Source of the DNA: Promethearchaeum syntrophicum
Lineage (GTDB): Archaea; Asgardarchaeota; Lokiarchaeia; Sigyniarchaeales; Promethearchaeaceae
Direction: 5' to 3'
Length of the DNA: 32,000 nucleotides
Assembly (NCBI RefSeq): GCF_008000775.2
Contig: NZ_CP042905.2
Coordinates: forward strand, 1,020,001 to 1,052,000
Shown: positions 17,265-25,504 of the stretch, one piece after another
How positions within the stretch are numbered: the stretch's first letter is position 1
Layout of the letters: each line of letters begins with the position of its first letter
The notes under the pieces: model-generated
What the model was told of the DNA's origin: nothing
Database searches by the model: none
Seen by the model: only the letters and a program-made list of their open reading frames with translations
Made by a program: the position numbers and the translations under genes

Positions 17265-18767
17265 TTATAATCCAATTGATCTTTTCAAAAATTTTCCTTT
17301 TGCTTCATGAAATCCTAATTTTGAATCATAAACTTCTATTCCCGAAAGAAAAACTTTTATAATTTTCGATTTTAGTTCAAAATTTTCCCATGGAGTCCAT
17401 TTTTGCATGCCTTGGGCATTTTCCCCTTTAATTAAATAAGGTTTCACTTTATTGATCACAACTAAATCGGCATCAAAACCTTCCTTTATCCGACCTTTAT
17501 TCGAGATATTGAAAATTTTTGCTGGTTGAGTTGATAAATAAGAAATTACTTGTTCTAATTTCAATTTATTATTAAAAAATTGAGTAAGAATAATCTGAGC
17601 TGCAAAATCAAGGTTCGGAAAACCTGATGGTGCTTCTCCAAATTTGCCACTTTTTTCTTCTAAAGAATGCGGGGCATGATCGCTACCTATAGTATCTATC
17701 AAATTTTTTTGGACATCTTTAAATAATTTTTGTTGATTTTTTTGATCTCTCAAAGGAACTAATACTTTAGCAAATGTTTCTGAAGGAAATTTCATATCAT
17801 AATTAAGTAACATATGATGAGGAGAGATTTCAATAGAACATGAATATCCTTCCTGTCTTAAAGCAGTATTAATTATCGTTATCGCATCTGAATTTGAAAC
17901 ATGCACAAAATGAACATGGGGGGCGTTTTTTGGATTAGGATAAAATTTTCTCAGAAAAATTGTAATCATTTCAATATTCGCAATTTCATTTTGATAAATA
18001 GGGTGAGATACGTGATGAGCATACAAATATGGATTTAATTTTCCTTCTAACGAGGCTATTTTTTTACCTTGTTCATAAAAGAATTCTAAGACTTGAGGTG
18101 CTCTTGGAAATTCCGGATGAAATAAGATTGGTAATTTTAATTTTACTGCAAATTCAAATAATTTTTCCCAATGTGTGTATTCATTTTGAAAATTATTAAG
18201 GACTTTTTCTATAAACCCGAAAAATTCTTCAGGTTCTAAATCATTTTTCCACCCATCAATCCATTTCAAAGGTAGTTCTTGAGATTTATCGCCAGGGTAT
18301 ATTTTAATGCCAAAGACTCCTTCTTTAGAGATTTTTTCTAAATGATCAATATTAAATCCCTCTTTAACACCTGTAAAAACTCCAACATTACAATATAAAC
18401 TTCTTTTCTGATCAAAATATTTTTTGATATTTTCTACAGTTGATAATGGAGGAATTGTATTGGGCATGGTTAGAACAGTTGTAAATCCTCCTGAAATTGC
18501 AGCTTTTGATCCTGTTTCAAGAGTTTCTTTATAAGATTGCTTCAAATCTCGCAAATGAACATGAGTGTCAATAAAACCTGGAAGTACATATGCTTCATTA
18601 CAATCAAAATGATCTTTAATCTCATTAAAAAGTGCTTTTGGTGGAGATCCTTCCCCAATTTTCGAAATTATACCCTTTTTTATTAAAATATATCCAAATT
18701 GAACATGTCCATTTGTAAAAATATTTGCATTAAAAATTAATCTGGAATCGATATATGTTTCACTCAT
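17265..18767 (-). CDS. pyrC: Dihydroorotase-like amidohydrolase
   Basis: AYVLPGFIDTHVHLRDLKQSYKETLETGSKAAISGGFTTVLTMPNTIPP, FGIKIYPGDKS (Lys), and IGSDHAPHSLEEK. Confidence 0.88.
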   Translation of the reverse strand: MSETYIDSRLIFNANIFTNGHVQFGYILIKKGIISKIGEGSPPKALFNEIKDHFDCNEAYVLPGFIDTHVHLRDLKQSYKETLETGSKAAISGGFTTVLTMPNTIPPLSTVENIKKYFDQKRSLYCNVGVFTGVKEGFNIDHLEKISKEGVFGIKIYPGDKSQELPLKWIDGWKNDLEPEEFFGFIEKVLNNFQNEYTHWEKLFEFAVKLKLPILFHPEFPRAPQVLEFFYEQGKKIASLEGKLNPYLYAHHVSHPIYQNEIANIEMITIFLRKFYPNPKNAPHVHFVHVSNSDAITIINTALRQEGYSCSIEISPHHMLLNYDMKFPSETFAKVLVPLRDQKNQQKLFKDVQKNLIDTIGSDHAPHSLEEKSGKFGEAPSGFPNLDFAAQIILTQFFNNKLKLEQVISYLSTQPAKIFNISNKGRIKEGFDADLVVINKVKPYLIKGENAQGMQKWTPWENFELKSKIIKVFLSGIEVYDSKLGFHEAKGKFLKRSIGL

Positions 18768-18801
18768 TTTCTTTCTGTCTTATTTCTTAAGTTTCCAAGT
18801 T

Positions 18802-20241
18802 CTACCAAGGATGTTTTTTCCGCTTCTTCTTTCCTTGCATCATCTTTTGCTGCATTTCTGCCATTTCTTGCATATCAGGCATTTGGCCACCGTCTAATCC
18901 TGGAATACCACCCGCACCTGGTTGTCCTTTTTTACCACGGCGTTTCTTCCCTAAAATTCCCTTCATAAATACTTTCATTTGAGAATATTGTTTTAACATC
19001 TGTTTTATTTCCGTGTATGTTGTGCCGCTTCCCCTTGCAATTCTTGTAATTCGAGTTTTTCTTATAACATCTGGATTATCTTTCTCGAATTTAGTCATCG
19101 ATCCCAATACATAATCCCATTTATCTAAGTTAGCTTCGGCTAATACCTTAGCTTGTTCAGGGATATTCTGCCCTCCCATCATAGCTAATATTTTTGAAAA
19201 TCCGCCCATTTTATCAAGCGATTTAAGCTGAAGATGCATATCATCAAGCGTAAATTTACCTTTCATCATTCTCTTCATTTGGTCTTCGTCGGGTTCAAGT
19301 TCAAGCTCTTTTACTTTCTCGATTAATCCTTCGATATCAGGGATCCCCAACAATGTTCCGATAAATTTTGAAGCATGAAACTCTTCCAAATCATCAACTT
19401 TTTCTCCAACACCAATAAATTTGATAGGTGCTCCTGATGCGGCTGCTGCTGAAAGTGCTCCTCCCCCTTTTGCTGACCCATCCAATTTGGTTATAATAAT
19501 TGAACCAACATGTGTAGTCTGTGCAAAAGCAAGAGCTTGAGCATAAGCTTGTTGACCTAGTGTTCCATCAATTACCAAAATAGTCTCATTTGGTTTGATT
19601 ATATTTTCCAGTTTCTGCATCTCTTGCATTAATGCAGTTTCTTGCTTATGTCGACCTGCAGTATCCACAATGATAAGATCTTTTTGGTCTTTACCAGTTT
19701 TTATAAAATGTCTTAATCCTTTTTTAGCGATTTTTATGGCATTTTTCTCTTCAGGCATTCCAAAATGGCTCACTTTGATTGAATCACAGGTCTGGGCCAG
19801 CTGGTCGTATGCACCGGGTCGCCACGTGTCCGTACAGATAACTCCTATCTTGAAACCTTTTTTCTTATAAAAATTTGCGAGTTTTCCTATACTAGTTGTT
19901 TTTCCTGAACCTTGGATTCCAACTAAAAGAATTATTGATTGTTTGCCGGTTTTTATCCGTTTAGGAGCGTTATCTCCCCCAAGAATGTTTATTAACTCAT
20001 CATGCACAATTTTAATTATAAATTCTTTTCGTTCGATTTTTTTATTTATCTTTTGATCCATAGATCTCTTCTTTATATTTTCAGTCAATTGTAGACATAG
20101 CTCAACGTTCACATCGGCCATCAACAATGCCCTTTGTAACTCTAGTAGGATTCCGTTAATAGCATCTTTATCAATTTCGGGTAAGCGGCGTATTTTACGA
20201 ATGAGTGAATCAAGAGATTTTCCAAGATCGTTTAAAACCAT
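18802..20241 (-). CDS. srp54: Signal recognition particle 54 kDa protein
   Basis: [81 protein letters not shown], and a Met-rich C-terminal M domain. Confidence 0.98.
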   Translation of the reverse strand: MVLNDLGKSLDSLIRKIRRLPEIDKDAINGILLELQRALLMADVNVELCLQLTENIKKRSMDQKINKKIERKEFIIKIVHDELINILGGDNAPKRIKTGKQSIILLVGIQGSGKTTSIGKLANFYKKKGFKIGVICTDTWRPGAYDQLAQTCDSIKVSHFGMPEEKNAIKIAKKGLRHFIKTGKDQKDLIIVDTAGRHKQETALMQEMQKLENIIKPNETILVIDGTLGQQAYAQALAFAQTTHVGSIIITKLDGSAKGGGALSAAAASGAPIKFIGVGEKVDDLEEFHASKFIGTLLGIPDIEGLIEKVKELELEPDEDQMKRMMKGKFTLDDMHLQLKSLDKMGGFSKILAMMGGQNIPEQAKVLAEANLDKWDYVLGSMTKFEKDNPDVIRKTRITRIARGSGTTYTEIKQMLKQYSQMKVFMKGILGKKRRGKKGQPGAGGIPGLDGGQMPDMQEMAEMQQKMMQGKKKRKKHPW

Positions 20242-20423
20242 TTTTACATGTGCTCTTCCTATTTTTTATTTAAATATTTCATTATTTTATTTTTTATATA
20301 TATATAGAAATGGATGAGATTTGAAGTTTTAGAGGATTTGCCATGATATAAGGCAAGAAATTTTTCAATTTAAAATTTTTTTTACCATTAGAACTAAAAC
20401 ACATTTTTTACAACTCTCTACAA

Positions 20424-21815
20424 CTATTTAAAAATTGATTCTCCCGAAAGCAGATTGAATTTAAGTCGTTGGTTGATTTTTTGAATAACAACATTTTCAC
20501 TTGGAAAATTCGATTCGAGCGCATTTCGATCTTCGATATTTGCCTCCCAAATTATTCGCTCGAGTTCATCATCGCTGATTGAATTGGGATCTGAAATGTA
20601 TTGTTGAATAAGTTCAGTAGTTGTTTTTTTGTAATAATTCATTATTTGGTCAATAATCTCCATATTATAGAATTGTCCAGTTTCCATTTCCCCAGTGTCT
20701 TCATCGATCCTTTCATAGGGTGTTAGGAATCTATTTATGAATTCATCAAATCGGGGTCCTAAGTCGAATCCTTTGTATTTTTTATATTGAAACATTAAGC
20801 AGAAGGTAAAATCATGGTTTAAATAGCATAAAGAACGAAGTGGGTTATTTTGGATCTCAATTCTGGTATTAATTTTAAGTTTTGAGGGAAAATACTTTAA
20901 GGATGTTAGATTGTTACCCATCAGATTTAATTTTTTAAGGTTTGGCAGTTCACGGGGTAAACCTTCTAAAGAAACCAATAAGTTTACTCCAAGAGCCATA
21001 TCTTCAAGAAGAGGAAGATATTTGGGAAAACCTCGTAGATTGCGAAGAGGGCAGCCTGTTACAGCGAATTTTTTTAATTTCGGCAATGATGAAGGAATTA
21101 ACTCTAAAGTCTGAATGAGGCAATTATGAATACCGAATCTTTCTAAAGAAGGTAATTTATTTGGAATCCCTCTTAGGGAATTAAGAGAACCTTTAAAAGA
21201 TGGAGGATATGAAGCGTTAATAATAAAAGTTTTTAACGAGGGGAGTTTCGCTGGTAGATCACTGATATCTGCTATTTGAGAATTACTAATGAATAAATTC
21301 TCAAGGTTTGGCAATAATTTCGGTAATCCTTTTAAATTTGATAGCGGAGCTCCTTTTTTAGTCGCTTTTTCATATTCTAGAGAGTCTTTTATGTAGTATA
21401 AATATGAAAATCCGTTAATAGATAGTTTCTTCAGATTTGGCAATTCTTTAGGTAATCCTTCTAATGATTTGATTTCATGGGAAATTATGCCCAAAATGGA
21501 AAGATTTGGTAAGTCTTGTGGTATTCCCTTAAGTGAATCAACAGAATAAGGGGGAAAATCAAACAAATTAATAATAACGAAATTAGGAAATTTTTCCTTA
21601 AATTCCTCTTTAGAAGTAAGACCTTTTCCAAACCTATATGGTTCGGGCTGAGAAAAAAGTTTATAAATTGCATCTTTTTTTTTTTTCATACAATAATGGA
21701 GAAAGATACCTGTTGTTGATTCATTAATTTCATCCCAAATATGGTTTAAATCTTTCTTTCGATAAACATTATTAATTTTATCCTTCTTGGATTCGATTGT
21801 CTTCAATTTAATCAT
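20424..21815 (-). CDS. Leucine-rich repeat protein
   Basis: Multiple units of the form LKGLPKLLPNLENLFISNSQI..I, LRGIPNKLPSLERFGIHNCLI..L, LEGLPRELPNLKKLNLMGNNLTSL, and a C-terminal charged non-LRR region. Confidence 0.9.
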   Translation of the reverse strand: MIKLKTIESKKDKINNVYRKKDLNHIWDEINESTTGIFLHYCMKKKKDAIYKLFSQPEPYRFGKGLTSKEEFKEKFPNFVIINLFDFPPYSVDSLKGIPQDLPNLSILGIISHEIKSLEGLPKELPNLKKLSINGFSYLYYIKDSLEYEKATKKGAPLSNLKGLPKLLPNLENLFISNSQIADISDLPAKLPSLKTFIINASYPPSFKGSLNSLRGIPNKLPSLERFGIHNCLIQTLELIPSSLPKLKKFAVTGCPLRNLRGFPKYLPLLEDMALGVNLLVSLEGLPRELPNLKKLNLMGNNLTSLKYFPSKLKINTRIEIQNNPLRSLCYLNHDFTFCLMFQYKKYKGFDLGPRFDEFINRFLTPYERIDEDTGEMETGQFYNMEIIDQIMNYYKKTTTELIQQYISDPNSISDDELERIIWEANIEDRNALESNFPSENVVIQKINQRLKFNLLSGESIFK

Positions 21816-22044
21816 CGATTTTTCCTTTCTATTATAATTTTCGGGTTATTATTTTTAAATATTGACAGAGGTACTTTTTATTGATTAATACGATGGAATT
21901 CATAAAAAAAAGGGAAAAAATATTACCATGCGCATTAATAATTGGGAAACTCGTTCAAATATTCCTCGATATGGGTTTCTAAATCGAATCCAGCTGGAAG
22001 TCCCAACTGAGCATATATTGATACGGATTGCATGGAGGGAGGAT

Positions 22045-22164
22045 CAAAAGCGCTCTTTGTAATTCTTGTAAAACCGCGCTAATAGAATCTTTATCAATTT
22101 CGGGCAATCTTCGTATTTTACGGATGAGTGAATCAAGAGATTTTCCAAGATCGTTTAAAACCAT
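22045..22164 (-). pseudogene. Truncated duplicate of the srp54 5' end (homologous to the first 40 codons; ORF runs on to 21979 with an unrelated tail)
   Basis: [40 protein letters not shown] versus srp54 [40 protein letters not shown]: 35 of 40 residues identical, first 26 all identical. The G domain and M domain are absent. Confidence 0.85.
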
Positions 22165-22213
22165 ATTCTCAATAATTCCAATTCAACGACATTCAAAAAT
22201 TTTATTTAAAATC

Positions 22214-22987
22214 TTATTCTTCCAAATTATCTGTTCTTGATGAATAAAATCCCAGAAAGAAAAAACTGATAACTAAGGTAAATAAAATCCATGAAATCAG
22301 ATTGTAGACTGTCCTCCCTTCTACTGTTTGGAGATCTATCACCATAAATATTAACATTATCAACATAAAAACACAACCTAAAGCTAAAGCATAGGCTCTC
22401 CGAACAAAATTGATTATTTTTGTATCCGAATATTCAATTGAACCTATTTTTTTTAATTTTTTTGCTGTTAAAATCATGTTGAAAAATAAATATATGTAAG
22501 ATACAAAATGCAAAATATATAAAATGAAAACTCCAATATAGCCAAAATATTTTGATTCTACTTCTACTATTTCTTCATTTACTGCAAAAATTATATATGA
22601 TAAAATAAGGGACCCAATGAAGCCAAGAAATACATAGATTGCAACAAATGTTTTGAATCTCTTTGACTTTACATAATCTTCAGAGGAAAAAAGTTCTAAA
22701 CTAAAATAAAATAATGCAATATTCCCTAAAATAGAAAAAAATAACTCTGCTCCAACGAAAACATTATTTGCTTGAGGAAACACTTGATTCAAAATTGCTA
22801 ATCCTGGAAAGAAAAAATAACACAAGAAATAATATGAGATATATTTTGAAGATAATTTCTTCTCTTTTTGGTAATAAATATAAGCAATAACAACATAAAT
22901 TATTGAGAGAGCTGCTCCTAAAATTTTTAGAATATATCTTGAAATCTCAAAAATTTCTGGACTTAATTGCATTTCCATGAATTTCAC
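22214..22987 (-). CDS. Uncharacterised membrane protein, about seven hydrophobic segments
   Basis: Seven hydrophobic segments in the 257-aa intact ORF, e.g. YILKILGAALSIIYVVIAYIYY, IFFSILGNIALFYFSLELF-like, TFVAIYVFLGFIGSLILSYIIF, IGVFILYILHFVSYIYLFFNMI. Confidence 0.7.
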   Translation of the reverse strand: MKFMEMQLSPEIFEISRYILKILGAALSIIYVVIAYIYYQKEKKLSSKYISYYFLCYFFFPGLAILNQVFPQANNVFVGAELFFSILGNIALFYFSLELFSSEDYVKSKRFKTFVAIYVFLGFIGSLILSYIIFAVNEEIVEVESKYFGYIGVFILYILHFVSYIYLFFNMILTAKKLKKIGSIEYSDTKIINFVRRAYALALGCVFMLIMLIFMVIDLQTVEGRTVYNLISWILFTLVISFFFLGFYSSRTDNLEE

Positions 22988-23058
22988 TTTTCATTTTTTT
23001 ATATGATTATTACTCATTTTTTATTTGGTGCTACTCATTATTAAGTACTTAATCTTAT

Positions 23059-23502
23059 TTATAATATCGATTTATATTCTTGGGCTTGGAGAAATGATTT
23101 GATTTTTTGTTCTAATTGATGCTCCTGAGTTGCTAGTAGATAATTTTTAGTCCAAATTCCCGAAGTACCACTTTTAATGGGGGATAAATGTTGTAAAAAT
23201 CTTCTTGAACTAACCGATTTTAGATTACTGATAAATTTCGTTAATTTCATCAAATCCTTTTTAGTTTTTTTTTCCCCATAAACTGATAAATCTGTTTGCG
23301 ATTTCGCTTCAAATATAATTTCAATGTGTTTTTTTTCTAAATAAACGGAGATCAATTTAACATCATCATCATTCTTCTCAAGATTAAAATAATTTGTAAT
23401 AATATCTTCCATTTTATCTTTTAATTCTTTAGTTGTAAATAAGGATTTATCTCCTTTTGTGCAAAATATACATTCATACCTAAGAAACTCAATTAATTTC
23501 AT
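23059..23502 (-). CDS. IS200/IS605 TnpA-like (Y1 HUH superfamily) protein, probably catalytically altered
   Basis: YECIFCTKGDKSLFTTKELKDKMEDII (cf. hLVFCTKYRRKVL), ISVYLEKKHIEIIFEA (HUH position reads H-I-E), KFISNLKSVSSRRFLQHL (cf. LKGxSSRRL), GIWTKNYLLATQ (cf. LWSRSYFVATVG), KIKSFLQAQ (cf. VKRYIENQ; Tyr position is Phe). Confidence 0.7.
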   Translation of the reverse strand: MKLIEFLRYECIFCTKGDKSLFTTKELKDKMEDIITNYFNLEKNDDDVKLISVYLEKKHIEIIFEAKSQTDLSVYGEKKTKKDLMKLTKFISNLKSVSSRRFLQHLSPIKSGTSGIWTKNYLLATQEHQLEQKIKSFLQAQEYKSIL

Positions 23503-23525
23503 AATTTAAATTCCTACTTGTCTAT

Positions 23526-24017
23526 TTAAAATTTCTCAATCGTGCTGATTGTTTTTTGAAGATTTAGATACGCTTCTAACTGTTGTTTTACTATTTGTCT
23601 TCGAGAACTTAAGAATATATTCTCATTCCAAAGACTATCCCCCAAAAGAAGAAGAATTTCCTTCAGCTTTGGAACATCTTTTTTTGCTTCCTCTAAAATA
23701 TACTCTGCTGAATGATTATACAAATCTTTTATAAATTGTTTTAAGTTGAAGACTGGTAGAGCTTGAAAATTGATTTCTACATGATCATTGTGTACATATA
23801 CTGAAATTAACTTTACATTCTTCTTTTTTTCATTTTTTTCATAAAAAAAATCATAGATCCCTGCCTGAATAATCTCTTTCATTTGTTCATTAATTAAAAT
23901 TTCCTTAAATTTACGAATAGTGAAAACAAGGATATACCTTAACAACGTAATGGATCTATTATTTCTATCCATTATTTCTATTTTCAAATAATTTTTCAAT
24001 TCAGATCTATAGTACAT
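23526..24017 (-). CDS. Second IS200/IS605 TnpA-like protein, divergent paralogue of 23059..23502
   Basis: LLRYILVFTIRKFKEIL, VKLISVYVHNDHVEINFQA (shares VKLISVY with the neighbour; HUH position reads H-V-E), SLWNENIFLSSRRQIVKQQLEAYLNLQK (retains a Tyr at the aligned catalytic position). Confidence 0.65.
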   Translation of the reverse strand: MYYRSELKNYLKIEIMDRNNRSITLLRYILVFTIRKFKEILINEQMKEIIQAGIYDFFYEKNEKKKNVKLISVYVHNDHVEINFQALPVFNLKQFIKDLYNHSAEYILEEAKKDVPKLKEILLLLGDSLWNENIFLSSRRQIVKQQLEAYLNLQKTISTIEKF

Positions 24018-24309
24018 TTCGCAATTCTGCTATAAAAAAATTACCAAAATAAATTGCATTACTGCAGCGAAAAATACGGAGGTCATTTTAAATTTTTTTA
24101 AATGTAGTGTATAATATTAATTAAAAACGCTATAAAATAAAGATGGAGAAAATGAGGGACTAAAAAAATGGAGCTTTCACCATAGCTTTAAATATTTTAT
24201 ACACGAAGAAAATATTAAGAGAGGAAAAAAAAAGACAATTTTATTTTTTCTCAAGAAAATCCCAAAAGGCAAAATTTTATCCCCTACATCCAAAAAGACA
24301 AAATAATTC

Positions 24310-25053
24310 CTATAAAACCTTTTTATCTATCAAGTTCGGAAATTTTAGAGGGATTTCCGAAATATCATTAATAATGTAATCCGCTTTTACTTTTTGAAAG
24401 AGTTCAAAGGTTCCCGCTCCACTTAGAACTCCAACCGTAATAATCCCCGCTTTTTTTCCTGCTAAAATATCTTTGGGAGAATCTCCAAAAATCATAATAT
24501 TTTGTGGTGAAAAACCCCATTTGTGTAATAATTTCATTACTCCTTCTGGATGGGGTTTCTTATGTTTTACATCATCTTTTGAAATTATATTCCCTTCAAA
24601 ATAATTCAAGATGTCTTCCCTGCCATCAAAAATTGATTTTATCTCATTGCGACTTGCATTCGTAAACATACCGATTTTAACATTATTTATCTTTAAAAAT
24701 TCTAAAGTCTCTTGAGTTCCATCTATTAATGGACATTTCTGAACAAATTCATATAGCACATTTCTCGCTTGGAACATCATTTTTATCCGTCTAAAAAAAT
24801 TAAGGTTCATTTTTTTTCCTAGAAACATCATAACTTCATACCTTTCGATAGCTGAGCCAGTTATAGAGAGAGGGATGCCAACCTTTTCTCGAAAAAGAGC
24901 ATCTAATTCATCAGTTAAAGGAAAATTATAATCCTCTGCTATTTTTCTATGAATATTTATAATGAATGGAACATCGTCTATAATCGTTCCGTCTAAATCG
25001 AATATAACGCCCATTTCTTTTTTTATGTTACCCACTATACATTTAAATGACAA
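24310..25053 (-). CDS. HAD-superfamily phosphatase (phosphoglycolate phosphatase-like); start may be ATG nearer the MGVIFDLDGT motif
   Basis: VIFDLDGTIIDD, IGMFTNAS, KKPHPEGVMKLLHKWGFSPQNIMIFGDSPKDILAGKKAGI. Confidence 0.92.
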   Translation of the reverse strand: MSFKCIVGNIKKEMGVIFDLDGTIIDDVPFIINIHRKIAEDYNFPLTDELDALFREKVGIPLSITGSAIERYEVMMFLGKKMNLNFFRRIKMMFQARNVLYEFVQKCPLIDGTQETLEFLKINNVKIGMFTNASRNEIKSIFDGREDILNYFEGNIISKDDVKHKKPHPEGVMKLLHKWGFSPQNIMIFGDSPKDILAGKKAGIITVGVLSGAGTFELFQKVKADYIINDISEIPLKFPNLIDKKVL

Positions 25054-25139
25054 AATAGTATTAAAATGAATTGGTAGAGATATAGTGCTGACATGCTAAA
25101 TACCGAATTGGGCGTATGAAACTTAAGATTTGAATTTTG
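25030..25139 (+). repeat. Copy A of a ~110 bp imperfect direct repeat
   Basis: acccactatacatttaaatgacaaaatagtattaaaatgaattggtagagatatagtgctgacatgctaaataccgaattgggcgtatgaaacttaagatttgaatttt. Alignable with copy B across its length with scattered substitutions and one small indel. Ends approximate. Confidence 0.85.
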
Positions 25140-25504
25140 ATTTATTTAAAAAATAAAAAGAAAAAGAAATGATGATAAAGAATGATACAAAAATAATAAA
25201 AGAATTTCAAGATGATTTGGTCTTTTATAGATTTGGTTTATTTAATTTTATTAATTCGTATTCTGGGTTGTTTAATTTATATTTGAATCTCCAATTGATA
25301 AAGGAATGGAAATTTGAGTAATTATTGAATAAAATATGCAAGTTCTATTTCAAACAATATATATATAATCAATTTATAATTTTTAGGGAACATAATTAAA
25401 TATTTTAAGTGAATCAATTAATATTGTGGAGGAAATGAATAATTAGAGTAAAAATTGTTAAAATCCATAGAGTTTTATCATGGTTCTTAGTTCTTTTTTC
25501 AATT

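Noticed and set aside
19595-19870. 91-aa + strand ORF opposite srp54
   Set aside because: Antisense to the G-domain coding region of SRP54.
23059-25053. Treating the TnpA-like pair as an active IS200/IS605 element
   Set aside because: No tnpB, no clear terminal hairpins seen, and altered catalytic residues in both copies.
25169-25321. 50-codon + strand ORF (MMIKNDTKIIKEFQDDLVFYRFGLFNFINSYSGLFNLYLNLQLIKEWKFE)
   Set aside because: Intact ATG-to-stop, but too short and compositionally ordinary for AT-rich intergenic DNA. Kept only as a possibility between the repeat and the membrane-protein gene.
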